A stretch of 63,034 bases of DNA, the filler included, from Octopus bimaculoides (lineage: Eukaryota): assembly GCF_001194135.2 (NCBI RefSeq). It is 4 parts of 4 records of this genome, joined end to end, with 100 filler letters (N's around TTAATTAATTAA, not from the genome) between each part and the next. Parts side by side here need not be neighbours in the genome. Positions count along the whole stretch, not along the records: positions 57,832 to 63,034 come from NC_068987.1; 3 more parts are not named here. One strand, given 5' to 3'. Of this stretch, positions 62,477-63,034 are shown in pieces. Within the stretch, counting starts at the first letter, position 1; every line of letters starts with the position of its first letter. Made by a program: the position numbers and the translations under genes. Below the pieces are notes generated by a model. It was not told where the DNA came from. It made no database searches and saw only the letters and a program-made list of their open reading frames with translations.

Positions 62477-63034
62477 CATGCATGCATGTATGTATGTATG
62501 TATGTATGTATGTATGCATATATATATGTATTATCGCATAGAAAAACAGAGGTATATCAAATACCATACAACATAAACTCTTGATCTATTAAAATTATCT
62601 CCGCCTGTAGAAGATGTGTTATAACTACCAAACGGCAATTGAGAATAGATCCATATGAGAAGGGATGATAATCCCAAGATTCAAAATTTCTTCAAAGTTG
62701 ACATGCCATTGACAAAAAGGATAGGCTTATTGTCCGAAGATAAAAGGTCAGCCGTGGACAGTAATTATTTCTCTCTTGTCTCAACACTTTCTCCCTCCCT
62801 ACAGTATTTATATATATATGTGTATGCGTGTGTGTGTATGTGCTTGTGTATGCGTGTGTGTGTGTGCGTGTGTGCGTGTGTGCGTGTGTGCGTGTGAGTG
62901 TGTGTGTGTGTGTAGGAAAAGAATGGAAAAAGGAGTTTCGCAACGCGTATGCCTCCAAAGTAGAAAAATCCATATTAAAACAACTTCATAATTAACGATG
63001 AAATTCACTAATGGCATATTTAGCAACGTATATA

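Overview
Eukaryotic, AT-rich, repeat-saturated sequence. About 14% is N (my rough tally), and most gaps are flanked by microsatellites. The SINE families, extreme microsatellite density and mix of RTE, R4/Dong, CR1, Penelope and DNA-transposon relics point to a coleoid cephalopod, most likely Octopus (inference, no search run). Three exact 100-bp linkers (44 N + TTAATTAATTAA + 44 N) show the window is four joined scaffolds: 1-25529, 25630-37989, 38090-57731 and 57832-63034. No complete host gene can be supported. The only host-gene signals are a promoter-like patch, a Kozak ATG exon ending in GTAAGT (4836-4875), and two candidate small exons downstream. Nearly all ORFs in the supplied track are microsatellite or N read-through. 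Recognisable coding remnants are all transposon fossils: RTE LINE, a near full-length Tigger/Jerky-like pogo transposase split by an insert, R4/Dong-type RLE LINE, two internally deleted maT/rosa-like transposases, CR1-like LINE and Penelope RT. Several MITEs have readable TIRs and TSDs. I found no convincing new biological system. The best leads are a circularly permuted, inverted ~300-bp unit (48054-48644), a 110-nt hairpin (30889-30998), a SINE tail shared with the CR1-like LINE, a Merlin-like GG...CC element with an 8-bp TSD, a 60-bp minisatellite open in a frame on each strand, and hammerhead-like cores in Penelope-type terminal repeats.
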